DNA from: Octopus sinensis
Taxonomy: Eukaryota
Reading direction: 5' to 3'
Assembly: GCF_006345805.1 (NCBI RefSeq)
Contig: NC_043014.1
Location: 54,498,001 to 54,562,000, forward strand
Length of the DNA stretch: 64,000 nucleotides
Positions 51,900 through 64,000 of the stretch are shown in pieces; position 1 is the first letter of the stretch; every line of letters starts with the position of its first letter. Both the position numbers and the translations under genes were made by a program. Below the pieces are notes generated by a model. The model was not told where the DNA came from, ran no database searches, and worked only from the letters and a program-made list of their open reading frames with translations.

Positions 51900-53480
51900 T
51901 ATAACCCCTATCGAGAGAGAGAGAGAGAGAGAGAGGGGGGGGCTTCAAAACTTCTGGAGTGGGAATTATCAAAGCACAGTATACTGTAGTTCAAATCAGA
52001 TAAGAGTAAATGGTAGGGCCGCAGGTTTCGTGTGTCGGCAAGTTTGTCCGTCGAGTCCAAGGTTCTTTTGACTCGCTCGTCTGTTTCTATCCTTCTGCGA
52101 AACAGAGCCGCCACACAGACGAGCAAAATATAAAGCATTACCGAACCCAGCACACAACGTTGACTTATTCCAGCATTCAGCACTGAAGCGCTCAGACTGG
52201 GTCACCTTAAATACAACTGGAGCGATCCATTCTAATGCGGAACAAGGCAGAAAATAAATATTCCCAAATGTTGGGATGGCGGGCGACCGAACTTTCCGAG
52301 AACCTCCCGCAAAAGTTCGTTGTTTATTGTTTCGAAAGGCTTTTATTGATGAAAAAATGTTGATGTTGTTACACAAATCTCTCATGAAGACGTCGTCTGT
52401 GCCTCAGTTACAATGTGCTTCGGCTTCACTGTGCCTCTGCTGTGATGTTCTCCGATATATAAGAACAGGTTCATGGCCAGGACCTTCTCAACAATGGACC
52501 GGAAGTTTGGAGTAAAGAGATTTATCTCTCTTGTTTCTGCAGACAGCGACGGTGTTGATATCCTTCCAATGTTGGGTTACACAACTTCTCTACTTCTGTG
52601 ATGTAATAATGAACTGCTTTTGGAGTGGTATGTTCTACATCAGTGCTTCTCAAACTGATGTGGAATACCGGCAGGTTTTTTTTCCAATGTGCCAGGGACC
52701 GGCAATATTTCTTAGTAATATTAATTTATACCGGAAGCAATATCTATAATGGATATAATAAAAGTTGACAGTTTGTTTTATAATATTTATTTTGTAAACA
52801 AATAATTCAATATTACATAAGCATTTTATAATGTTTCCTTTTTTTTCTGGAAACTTGGCGCGTACCGGCACCGTTCCGCGGATCACCACTGTTCTACATG
52901 ACAAACCTGTGTCATTTTATATTTGTTCTTAGATTGCCATCCGGAATAATCTACGAAGCGCGGTTTTCTGTCCAGGGATTGAGTTGAGCGGGGGATTTTT
53001 AAGCTGCCCATCCAAGGCCTTCTCCGTTGACGTGAGCAGTATGGTCACTAAATACTCTTGCTCAGGGATCGATGGAATAGATCCTAACTCAGTCACACAG
53101 GCATCTGCAAAGACCAGCTTCCGTTTCCCTGAACCACTGATGGTGTAATATTCTCACCAGAAGATTCCGACATATCGAAAAACCTAGTCCCTTACATGAT
53201 TCACCGCACACCGCCAATGTTTTTTTTTTTTTTTTTAAGATCTTAGAAGTTACTTGGACGATGAAGCTTTATATTGATATTGTGGTTGCGCATTTCTCGG
53301 GATCACTATGTCCGCTTTCAAGAAGATAGTCCCCTTGCCTAAGGTGAGCAAAGCGAATTGATACCATTAGCTGGAAATTCAATCAGTCGAAAACCGCCTC
53401 AAAGCTGATCCCCAAATTCTGTTTTGCTATCGGGCTTACTCCATTAGCTTTTCTTTTTCTGGACTCTCCGACAAGGGAAG
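51900..53480 (-). pseudogene. Highly decayed LINE reverse-transcriptase remnants (RTE-like at about 51900-52700; CR1/Jockey-like at about 52930-53480)
   Basis: Broken frames give LNAGISQRCVLG (GxxQG motif), NNELLREVLGKFGRP (RTE-like), and HSDPEK..TIS and FDMS. Confidence 0.5.
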
Positions 53481-53962
53481 CGGACAGTGATTGATAACTA
53501 ACAAGGAATATTCACAAGGGTTAAACTTAAATATGTATCTTCCTTGGAGCTCACTGCTGCCTCAAGGTCCAGCGAGTTAAACCCGAGGTCGCAAAGAAAC
53601 CAGTTATTGTGTGTGGCCGAGAGGAGGCCTGGAGAAGACAATTAGGAAGGGAGACCGTGTAGAGCAGTGGTTCCCAAACTTTTCACTAACAAGGACCCCT
53701 TTTATTTAAATGAGTTTTCCCACAGAACCCAGGATATTGAACCATCTGTCAGCTTAACATGTTCACGGACCCCCAATACTTCTACATTTACGGAACACAT
53801 GTTGCGCACCGCTGGTGTAGAGAGTATACCGTTAGGCCGTTTCTTATTTCAGTAAACGGGCCAAATTACGGTGACAAGCTGAAACGAAGAGGTTCGCGAG
53901 TACCGCTGCACTTAACACATCACCTCACACACACACCTACACCACCCCAACACACACACCCC

Positions 53963-54027
<65 letters not shown>

Positions 54028-54154
54028 TGTACACACACACACATTGTACACACACGCATATAATCAGGGGGGAGATAAATATGTAGATACAGATATAAAA
54101 ATCTGCGTATGTTTAAACGGAAACACATTTAGAAAAAGATAATGAATGTGTGTG

Positions 54155-54214
54155 TGTAGGTAGATAGACAGACAGACAGACAGATAGATAGATAGACAGA
54201 TATATATATAATCT

Positions 54215-54248
<34 letters not shown>

Positions 54249-54342
54249 ATACTTACCGTTTTATCAATATATATATATAATATATAAATAGATAGGTAGT
54301 AGGTAAATAGATAGACAGACAGACAGATAGACAGACAGACAG

Positions 54343-54375
<33 letters not shown>

Positions 54376-54535
54376 TAAATAGATAGGTAGGTAGGTAGGT
54401 AGGTAGGTAGGTAGATAGACAGACAGATAGATAGATATATAGATAGATAGATGGATATAGATAGGTAGATAGATAGATGGATGGATGGATAGATAGATAA
54501 ACAGAGAGATAGAGAGAGATAAATAGATAGGTAGG

Positions 54536-54580
<45 letters not shown>

Positions 54581-54585
54581 GGATA
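54155..54585. repeat. (AGAT)n/(AGAC)n microsatellite
   Basis: Seen by direct inspection. Similar arrays at 57600-58075 and 59410-59945 (ATCT) and 62860-63490 (AGAT); (AAT)n at 57170-57275. Confidence 0.95.
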
Positions 54586-55455
54586 GGGAGGGAGTGAGCA
54601 AGAGAGAATAAGAAATAGGTGAGGGAGAAAATAAGGGGAGGGAAAGAGAGAGAGAGAGAGAGACATAAATTAGACTTCACTTCCTGTTTCCGTGCGTTTT
54701 TAATATATTCCTTGAAAAGTCTTGGCTCATTAACAAATTAATTAATATAAAATATGGATATCTGTTTCAGAAACAAAACAAATACAAGAAAACATGATGA
54801 GAGAGAGAGAGAGAGACGGAAGATAGATAGATAGGAAGATGGCTTTCGGGTGTGTTTTGCTGCGATTCTTAGGAACCAATAACGAAACGAAAATATTTTG
54901 CAGTCAATAGAAATAAACCCAAGTCTGCAAATTGAAAGGGAACAGGTCGGGGCTCCTTTGTTTTGCATGTCCAGGGAGAAGAAAGGAAAACATGTTACGT
55001 CGAATAACTTGTTGAAGATGTCCGTTTTTTTTTCCTTTCTTCCCTGTTTTTAGTTTACCATTTCTGGTTCCTCGGGGCACATTTAGACATTTGTAGGTGA
55101 TAGGGTTTCCACGATTAATTGATCACAGATTTTAATGTTTGTGTGTTTATTTTACCGACGCACCGTACCCCCACCGTCCACTTCTCGCTCTGCGATGCAT
55201 TGATGAATGATTTAAAGTGGATCCTTCTTACTTGGCGCACTTTTGAACTGACAGACAAAAACGAAAGCAACCGAGGAAGATGGAATGGGTCTGGAGAGGC
55301 ATGGGAGGAGACTGCGACGATACAACCGCAGCTTTTGGATCGCATTCTTTACTATAAGCCTACAGTACATATATACATACATACACACACACACACCACA
55401 CACACACACACACACAACATATATATATATACATAAATACACACACACACACCAC

Positions 55456-55502
<47 letters not shown>

Positions 55503-55981
55503 TAAGTTCAGCAAAATTTAGATTCAGATGAATATGGTATAAGTCAGAGGCCGAGGTACCAGAATTTTGTATGGTACTATCCAATAAATCCATGGGGTGA
55601 TTATTTGATGATTATATATTACATATATATATAATATATATATAATATCTATATATATATATATATATATGATATATATATATATATGATATATATATAT
55701 ATATATATATAAATATAATATACATATATATATATATATACATATAATGTATATGTATGTATGATATATATATATGTATATATATATATTTATACATACA
55801 TACATGTATACATATGTATATATATATATACATGCATGCATATATATACACATGTATGAATGTGTAAGTGTATATATATATACACATACCATTTGTAGAA
55901 AGCATAAATCCGGAGAAGAAGCACACTCTAAGATGTAGAGCCGTAGTATATATTTTCTTTCCCGGGGAAGGCCGGTTGATG

Positions 55982-56040
55982 GGATTATCCTGGGTTTCCG
56001 TCCATAAAGGGTTAAACTTCATGGCGTATCGTCAGACTCC
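55982..56040 (-). ncRNA. Hammerhead-like motif in a short element between (TA)n tracts (about 55888-56060)
   Basis: Minus strand reads GGAGU CUGACGA U ACGCCAUGAAG-uuuaacc-CUUUAUGGACG GAAA CCCAGGA UA AUCC. The core and stem II are good; stems I and III are imperfect. Confidence 0.55.
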
Positions 56041-56113
56041 AAAACCTGTTGGCAAAGACCACTCTCTCTCTCTCCTCTCTAATATATATATATATATTAA
56101 TATATATATATAT

Positions 56114-56204
<91 letters not shown>

Positions 56205-57212
56205 TAATATATACATTTGTGTGTATGTATAGTATTGTGCTACCATAGCGCAGTATTTATTTTGCAATTTTCAGCTACGCATGGCTTAGCAAATTAAACG
56301 ATAGGGAACATGGTGCTATGGCCTTCGTGCCTTTCTCGGGGATATTAGCTGCTAAGGTAAAATGTCTTCCATCGAAGATCGAACTTTGCGTGGTCACTCA
56401 ACCTCCTAGAAATAGCAACCAAATCACATTCAAATCCCATTCAACTGGAGATGGGGGAGGAAAAAGAGACATTGTTCTGCGTAGTCTAAGATATGTAAAA
56501 AAAAAACAGATGGAAAGCTCACGGTTGGTTTGTTTTGATCTTAATTAAGCCTGCTTGATCTGGGTTAATTAGGGACTAGACAACCGCGTTGCGACCCCAG
56601 TATACATGTCTTCCCTTATCCTCTTCAGCCTGCTCTCTTTGAGACAACGAAGATGGCCAGAGAGAAAGAGAAAGAGAGGGAGACAAAGAGAGAGAGAGAG
56701 AAACAGAGAGAGAGACCACATGGGATGATATAGTCCGAGGTACACGATTCCTGACAGAAAAAGCCGACGTGATGGTCACGATGGGATATCTTTGAGGAAA
56801 GATAGGGCTGTTCTCTAGGTGCTGATATGGCTCCACTGGTGCACGAAGCTGGGGTCACAATGTTCTGCAAAAAATCTTTCTAAAAAAGCAACAACAAAAT
56901 GGAATAATAAGATTACGTGAGGCTCATGCCTTTCCAAAAGCGACTCAAATCCGATTGTTATAGGAATGTGGAATATAAATTGTAAATAAATAGAATGGCT
57001 TCCACCGAGAGTGGGAATCGATCTCGGTTTCGTTTCGTCGGTTACAGAACATCAAAAGACACTTTCGGTGCGCGAAACCTGCAAAAATATAAAATATTGA
57101 GAGAGAGGAAAAGAAAAACAGTCGTTTAAAAAAAAGCCCCGACTACTACTACTACTACTACTTTTATTATTATTACAAATAATAATATAATAATAATAAA
57201 ATAATAATAATA

Positions 57213-57274
<62 letters not shown>

Positions 57275-57602
57275 GTCGTCGCATATTTGATTTGGTCTTT
57301 GTTTTAATTAATGAACTAACTTAAAAATGAACCTAGTTAATTCATGGTTCCCTTATTCCCTCCCCACCTGTCCCCTATTTCATCGAAATATTTTAATGTC
57401 AAATCTGGAATTTCAAATTCTTTACAAAGATAAAAAAAAAAGGTAGGTAGAAAAACAAACAAACGAAACGAAAAATAAAACGAAAAAAAAGCAATGAATT
57501 AAAACGATATTGAATTGTTGAAAAGAGAAGAAAAAAACCCGATTTTTCTGCAATTAGCGCTTTTTTCCTCAATCCTTCTCTTTTAATCAATCAATCCTTC
57601 TT

Positions 57603-57649
<47 letters not shown>

Positions 57650-57698
57650 CTCTAACTATATATCTATCTATCTATCTAACTATCTCTCTATCTATCTA

Positions 57699-57739
<41 letters not shown>

Positions 57740-57764
57740 CTCTAACTATCTCTCTATCTATCTA

Positions 57765-57817
<53 letters not shown>

Positions 57818-57830
57818 CTCTAACTATCTC

Positions 57831-57881
<51 letters not shown>

Positions 57882-57906
57882 CTCTAACTATCTCTCTATC
57901 TATCTA

Positions 57907-57955
<49 letters not shown>

Positions 57956-57972
57956 CTCTAACTATCTCTCTC

Positions 57973-58027
<55 letters not shown>

Positions 58028-58682
58028 CTATCTATATCTATCTATTTATCTATCTCTCTGCCTATCTATCTACCTATCTTTCCCTCTGCATGCGCGCGTG
58101 TATGTGTGTACGTGCGTGTATACACACATATACACACGCACATACAAATACCTATAAATGTATTTAAGAGTAAATATATAAATATAAATGTGTGTGTGTG
58201 TGTGTAAGCAGATGCGTGGACGGTGGAACAAGAAATAAGTTGGTCACCCATTGCTGGATACTTCTACACACAAGACGACAAGCAATTAACTGCGTCGTTT
58301 TTATGAAAACGCATGCATGTGTACATATACACATACGTATGTGCATACATAACTTATACATACCTACATACATACACGCTCATACACACACACAGTGTAT
58401 GTGTGTATGTGTATGTATATATGTGTGAGTGCGTGTGTGTGTATGTGGGGGGCATGTATGTGCGTATGTTGTATGCGCGTGCGAACGTGTAAACATGCGC
58501 GTGTATAACACACTAGATAACTATATACACAGCTACACACACACACAAACGCAAAACATCTACACGCGTGCGTTGAACATTAATGGGGTTTTTAGGTAAA
58601 ACTGTATACACGAAAGTGGTGTGTGTGTGTATGTTTATTTGTGCTTTTGCGTGTGTACAAATATATATATATATTGTATGTG

Positions 58683-58727
<45 letters not shown>

Positions 58728-59411
58728 TATATATACACATATACATATGTATATGAATACATATATATATGTGTGTGTGTGTGTGTGTATATATATACAC
58801 ACACACACACACACATATATATACATATTTATATATACATACACACAAACACACGTATATACACATACATACATAAATATGTGTATATTCAAGTGTGCAT
58901 GTATCTTTCTATGCATATTTAAATTTACACTGTGTATACCAATGCATGCACGCGTACACACACATATATGCATATATAAGTATATTTGCATATGCATGCA
59001 TCCGCACACGCATACACGCGAGTACGCACGCAAGCACACACACTCACATACACATCTGTATGTTTATACATATTTATATACACACACACACGCACGTACA
59101 CCTAAATGATGTCTTATTGACGAAGAATATAGAGGCTTTATAGACTTCAGTTACGCCGAATTCTCATTCTGATTGTGTGTATTCTTGTTATTTATATTTT
59201 TGCTTGTTTGTTTGGGTCTGTGTGCTTGTATGTCTGTGTGTTTTTGGCCGTCTAAGATATGTGTAGATAAAGAATATGATAGATATAGTATAAGTATCGA
59301 TTAGGTATAGACCACAAAATGGGGGTTCACTACATATATTTAATGGATAAAGAAAATAGAACGTTCAGTGAACTCGCTTTGTATTCCTATGTATCTATTT
59401 GTAAGGGCAAG

Positions 59412-59676
<265 letters not shown>

Positions 59677-59737
59677 CTATCTATCTATCTTTCTATGTCT
59701 GTCTGTCTATCTATCTATCTATCCATCTATCTGTCTG

Positions 59738-59776
<39 letters not shown>

Positions 59777-60291
59777 ATGTATGTCTGTCTATCTATCTAT
59801 CTGTCTGTCTATCTATCTATCTATCTTTCTATGTCTGTCTATCTATCTATCTATCTTTCTTTCTATGTCTGTCTGTTTGTCTATTTACCTATCTATCTAT
59901 CTTTCTATGTATCCATCCATCTATTTATCTATCTATCTATCCATCTCTTTGTCTATATGTATGTACATATGCGCGTATGTATATTTTGCACATACACAGA
60001 CACATACACACACACACATACATACATATATATGCATCTACACATACATATACATTTGTATAACACATACAGTTTATGTATATATATTTATACATACATC
60101 TATCTATACAGACTCTCTACCTTGTTGACACAAATGCATATGCACTCACAAGCATGTGCATATATACATACATACATATGCATTCTCACATCTTATATAT
60201 ATACACTCATATATATATGCATTTATATTGCATGTATTTATGTGGGTATGTGTAAAATTATTAAATCTGGTTTGTCGATAAAATTGCAAAA

Positions 60292-60328
60292 TTCTCAATG
60301 TTTTGGACACAAGTCCTTCATCAGGTTG
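60292..60328 (-). ncRNA. Degenerate hammerhead; related copies at about 61939-61975 (-) and 51030-51066 (-)
   Basis: Minus strand reads CUGAUGA A GGAC-uugu-GUCC AAAA CAUUG. The other copies keep GAAA but have damaged stems. The flanks at about 60175-60325 and 61835-61970 are homologous. Confidence 0.45.
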
Positions 60329-60960
60329 TTGTCTCCAATTCTGAAAATATTTATTGGAATAAATATTTTTGACACCATACAAACACCATTCTTTCCAGTT
60401 GTATGTGTGCATGCGAAAGTGCATGTGTATATGCATGTATGTTTTATATACATACATATATATATATATATATATATCATCATCATCATCATCATTTAGC
60501 GTCCGTTTTCCATGCTAGCATGGGTTGGACAGTTCGACCAGGGTCTGGTAAGCCATGGAGGCTGCACCAGGCTCCAGTCTGATCTAGCAGAGTTTCTACA
60601 ACTGAATGCCCTTCCTAACGCCAACCACTCCGTGAGTGTAGTGGGTGATTTTTACGTGCCTCCAGCCACGATCGGTTGGTGCTCTTATGTGTCACCGACA
60701 CAGATGCCAGTCGGGCGGTGCTGGCATCTGATCAAGGGTATGAAAGGTATTGGTGTCAGGAAGACCCAAAAGGTATCGAGTAAACGCTAAGTAAGTACTA
60801 TGGATAGACCATGGTTAAGCTCCAGGCTTGATAATGATATGAGTCAGGAGTTCAATGTGGGTCATGTATTAGCATGTATATATATATAGATTGACAGAAT
60901 GAGATAAAGAAAAAAAAATCCAAGGCAGTAAATAGATTTCAGAACATTTATAAAGAAAAG

Positions 60961-61008
60961 GTCTTACAGCTGTTTCGGGGATATTTTTTATACCCCTTCA
61001 TCAGAGAC
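60961..61008 (-). ncRNA. Minimal type I hammerhead ribozyme with intact core
   Basis: Minus strand reads GUCU CUGAUGA A GGGG-uauaaaaaauau-CCCC GAAA CAGCUG UA AGAC. Stem I is GUCU/AGAC, the core is canonical, stem II is G4/C4, stem III is the palindrome ACAGCUGU, and the cleavage triplet is GUA. Confidence 0.85.
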
Positions 61009-61495
61009 GGTGCGAGAAAATGTTTGAGTTTTAATTATTGTAGAAAATTATTGGGAAATAAGAGAATTTATATAGAAGTGAGATACATAAGGATATTGTA
61101 TTTGCAGTTCCATTATTCAAGTAGACTGGTGTATGTAAGTGGTGAAAAACTTTTTTTGGTGAAGAAACTTTCTTGTACCCGGTGTGTAGTTTCCATTGAT
61201 AGTTATATTTGGTCATTCCAAGCATACAGCCTTGTAAAACATGTTGGTCACTCGAGGGGTTTTAGCTTAAATTTATAGAAAACAAAATTGAAGACAGGTG
61301 AAGAAACAACCACCGGGTGAATAGTTTACTGTTTGGGAAGAAAGGAAAAGTCTTTGACGTTTCAAGCCTACGTTCTTTGACAGAAAGGACCGAGAGACAA
61401 AAAACAGAGAGAGAGAAAAATGTGTGGGGATTAACAGTTCAATATATATATATATATATATATTAAATAAACCTCGCTAAGATAAATATTTCAAT

Positions 61496-61566
61496 TAACC
61501 TGAAGATTGACTGTAACCACAACTTGAATTATTACGAATTGTACAGTCATGAAACGATCATAGTGT
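61496..61566 (+). ncRNA. Hammerhead-like motif
   Basis: Reads AAC CUGAAGA U UGACUGUA-(26 nt)-UACAGUCA U GAAA CGAUCA UA GUG. Stem II is a perfect 8 bp, stem III is near-palindromic and stem I is weak. Confidence 0.6.
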
Positions 61567-62541
61567 TTTACTCTTTATCTTTTATTAAACTTTTAATACT
61601 TTTGATATATATTTAAAATAGTATAAATTAATTAATTTTATGTATTGGCTTATGTTTTTCATTGTTTGATTTGCCTAATAGTGGTTTTATCTCTAATTTA
61701 ATATAATATAATATAATATATTTTACTATAAAATTGGATTTAATCCTAAATCTGGTTTTTTCCCTGTAAGTTTGGATTTATTCCCTAATATTTTATAATT
61801 ATATATATATATATATAAACACATACATACATATATTCTTATATTCTTATACATACACTCATATATATGTATTTATATTGTATTTATGTGCGTATATGTA
61901 AAATTATTTGATTTGATTTGTCGATAGGATTGCAAAATTCCCAAAGTTTCAAACACAAGTCCTTCATCAAAGAGAGAAGAGAAAAGCTTTATTTGTAGTA
62001 TCTTCAACTACATACATACATGCATATTTATATTTATGTGTGTTTGTGTGATCTTTATTTGGGAATTAAGGCTACCATTGGTTTCATGTTAAGAGAAGAA
62101 GGAAAATATCTGAGTGTCTTAACAATTTTTCAAGCCAATCACATGGAGATAAGTGTTTGTCTCCATCCTGGAAAACAATATCTATGTGATTGGCTTGAAA
62201 AATTGTTTAAAACACTAGGATATTTTCCTGCTTTACTTAACATGAAACCAATGGTTTCACAGATAAAGAAATTATATATCCACCAAGGCAGTGTTGAGCA
62301 CTCATTTTCATGGTTCAACATTTAATTATACACACACACTCATATATATATATATATACACATGTATGTATGTATGTATGTATATATATGTGTGCATATA
62401 AATTTATATACATATATGTGTATATATTTATGTATAATATATAAATAATATATTAATATATATATACATACACATACATAGATATACATTATACATACAT
62501 TGGATTGAGAGAGGTAAGGAGAGAGAGAGAGGGGGGGAGAA

Positions 62542-62572
<31 letters not shown>

Positions 62573-62666
62573 ATTGTTTAGGAGAAAGAAATCATTTCCT
62601 GAGGAGATTTTCTAAGTTCGTGGAGAATGTAAAAGTGAAAGGCGAGGAGGAGGAGGAAGAGGTGCG

Positions 62667-62700
<34 letters not shown>

Positions 62701-62861
62701 TAGAGAGAGTAGAGTCTAATGTGAAAGGGTGAAAGAAGAGTAAGAGTTGTGTGTCGTATGAAGAGAGGGAAGGAATTAGATAGAAAGATAGATAGATATA
62801 CACATACATATATACATACATACATACATACATACATGCATTCATAGACGGACAGACAGGC

Positions 62862-62933
<72 letters not shown>

Positions 62934-63096
62934 GATATAGATAGATAGATAAATAGATAGATGGATAGATATAGATAGATAGATATATAGATAGATAAAT
63001 AGATAGACAGATAGATAGATATAGATAGATAGATATATAGATAGATAAATAGATAGATAAATAGATAGATGGATGGATGGATAGATAGATAGTTAG

Positions 63097-63127
<31 letters not shown>

Positions 63128-63130
63128 GAT

Positions 63131-63248
<118 letters not shown>

Positions 63249-64000
63249 GGGTGATAATAGATAGGAAGAGAGAGGGTGATAATAGATATACAGATCGATG
63301 GATAGATAGACAACTAGAGAAAGAGAGCAATAGATAGATAGATCGATCGATAGAAAGAGAGAGAGAGGGAGAGCGATAGATAGATAGACGGGTAGTGGAT
63401 AGATAGAGTGATAGTTGGAAGATAGAGAGAGAGAGAGATAGAGCGGTAGATAGATCAATAGAAAGACAGACAGACAGACAGATAGATAAACTGTGAGAGG
63501 CTTGAGAGTGTGTGAGAGAATAAAATGAGTGTTAGAGACAGTTCGAAGAGAAAAACAGCAGATGTGTGTGGAACCGAAAGATCAATTTAATGAAGTTAAT
63601 TCGCATTAATGAAGACAAAGGAAGAATTGGGAGAGAAGGAGATTAATGGAGGAAAGAAACCAAACACACACAAACAGACACATGCGCGCCCGCGCGAGCG
63701 TAATTACATGCTCGACTTTAAATATTACATATTCAACTTTTATTTCTTATGTGTGTGTGTGTGTGTGCATATGAATTATGTATGTATATGTGTGTGTATG
63801 TTTGCGTGTGAATGTTTGTGTACGTATATACGTATGTATATATGCAAAACAAATACACAAACGTAATATGTGTGTATGATGATCATGATGATGATGATGG
63901 ATGATATATATATATATATATATTTATTTATCTGTGTGTATCATCGATAGATGTAAATATACACGCACGCACACAGAGTGGGAATAGATAGATATTACGT

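Noticed and set aside
60728-60783. CUGAUCA..GGGU/ACCC..AAAA hammerhead-like motif; similar partial motifs near 20190-20230, 34400-34450 and 47140-47190
   Set aside because: They have two or more core mismatches or a missing stem I, so they are too degenerate to call.

Overview
This is a repeat-dense, AT-rich animal genomic window. The SINE and microsatellite landscape looks like an octopod cephalopod (Octopus); this is an inference from recognising the repeat types. One protein-coding gene is supported: a + strand SLC35C2 orthologue (nucleotide-sugar transporter family). It has 9 coding exons between 27610 and 50821, all with GT-AG introns and consistent phases, and the last exon runs into a 100-N gap. 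The rest of the window is tRNA-derived SINEs (four main families), LINE fragments (RTE, L1/Tx1, R4-like, CRE-like, CR1-like), Tc1/mariner remnants, piggyBac-type and hAT-type MITEs, Helitrons and long microsatellites. Nearly all ORFs in the supplied track are artefacts of these repeats. The most notable unannotated signal is about a dozen minimal type I hammerhead ribozyme (HHR) motifs from several unrelated short element families. Each has a CUGANGA..GAAA core and a palindromic stem III. Several sit inside fold-back inverted repeats, next to (TA)n tracts, or in sense orientation in SLC35C2 introns. This is the architecture of Penelope-like element termini and retrozyme-like elements. Inverted SINE pairs also bracket exon 1 and exons 6-8, which could support circRNA formation or A-to-I editing.
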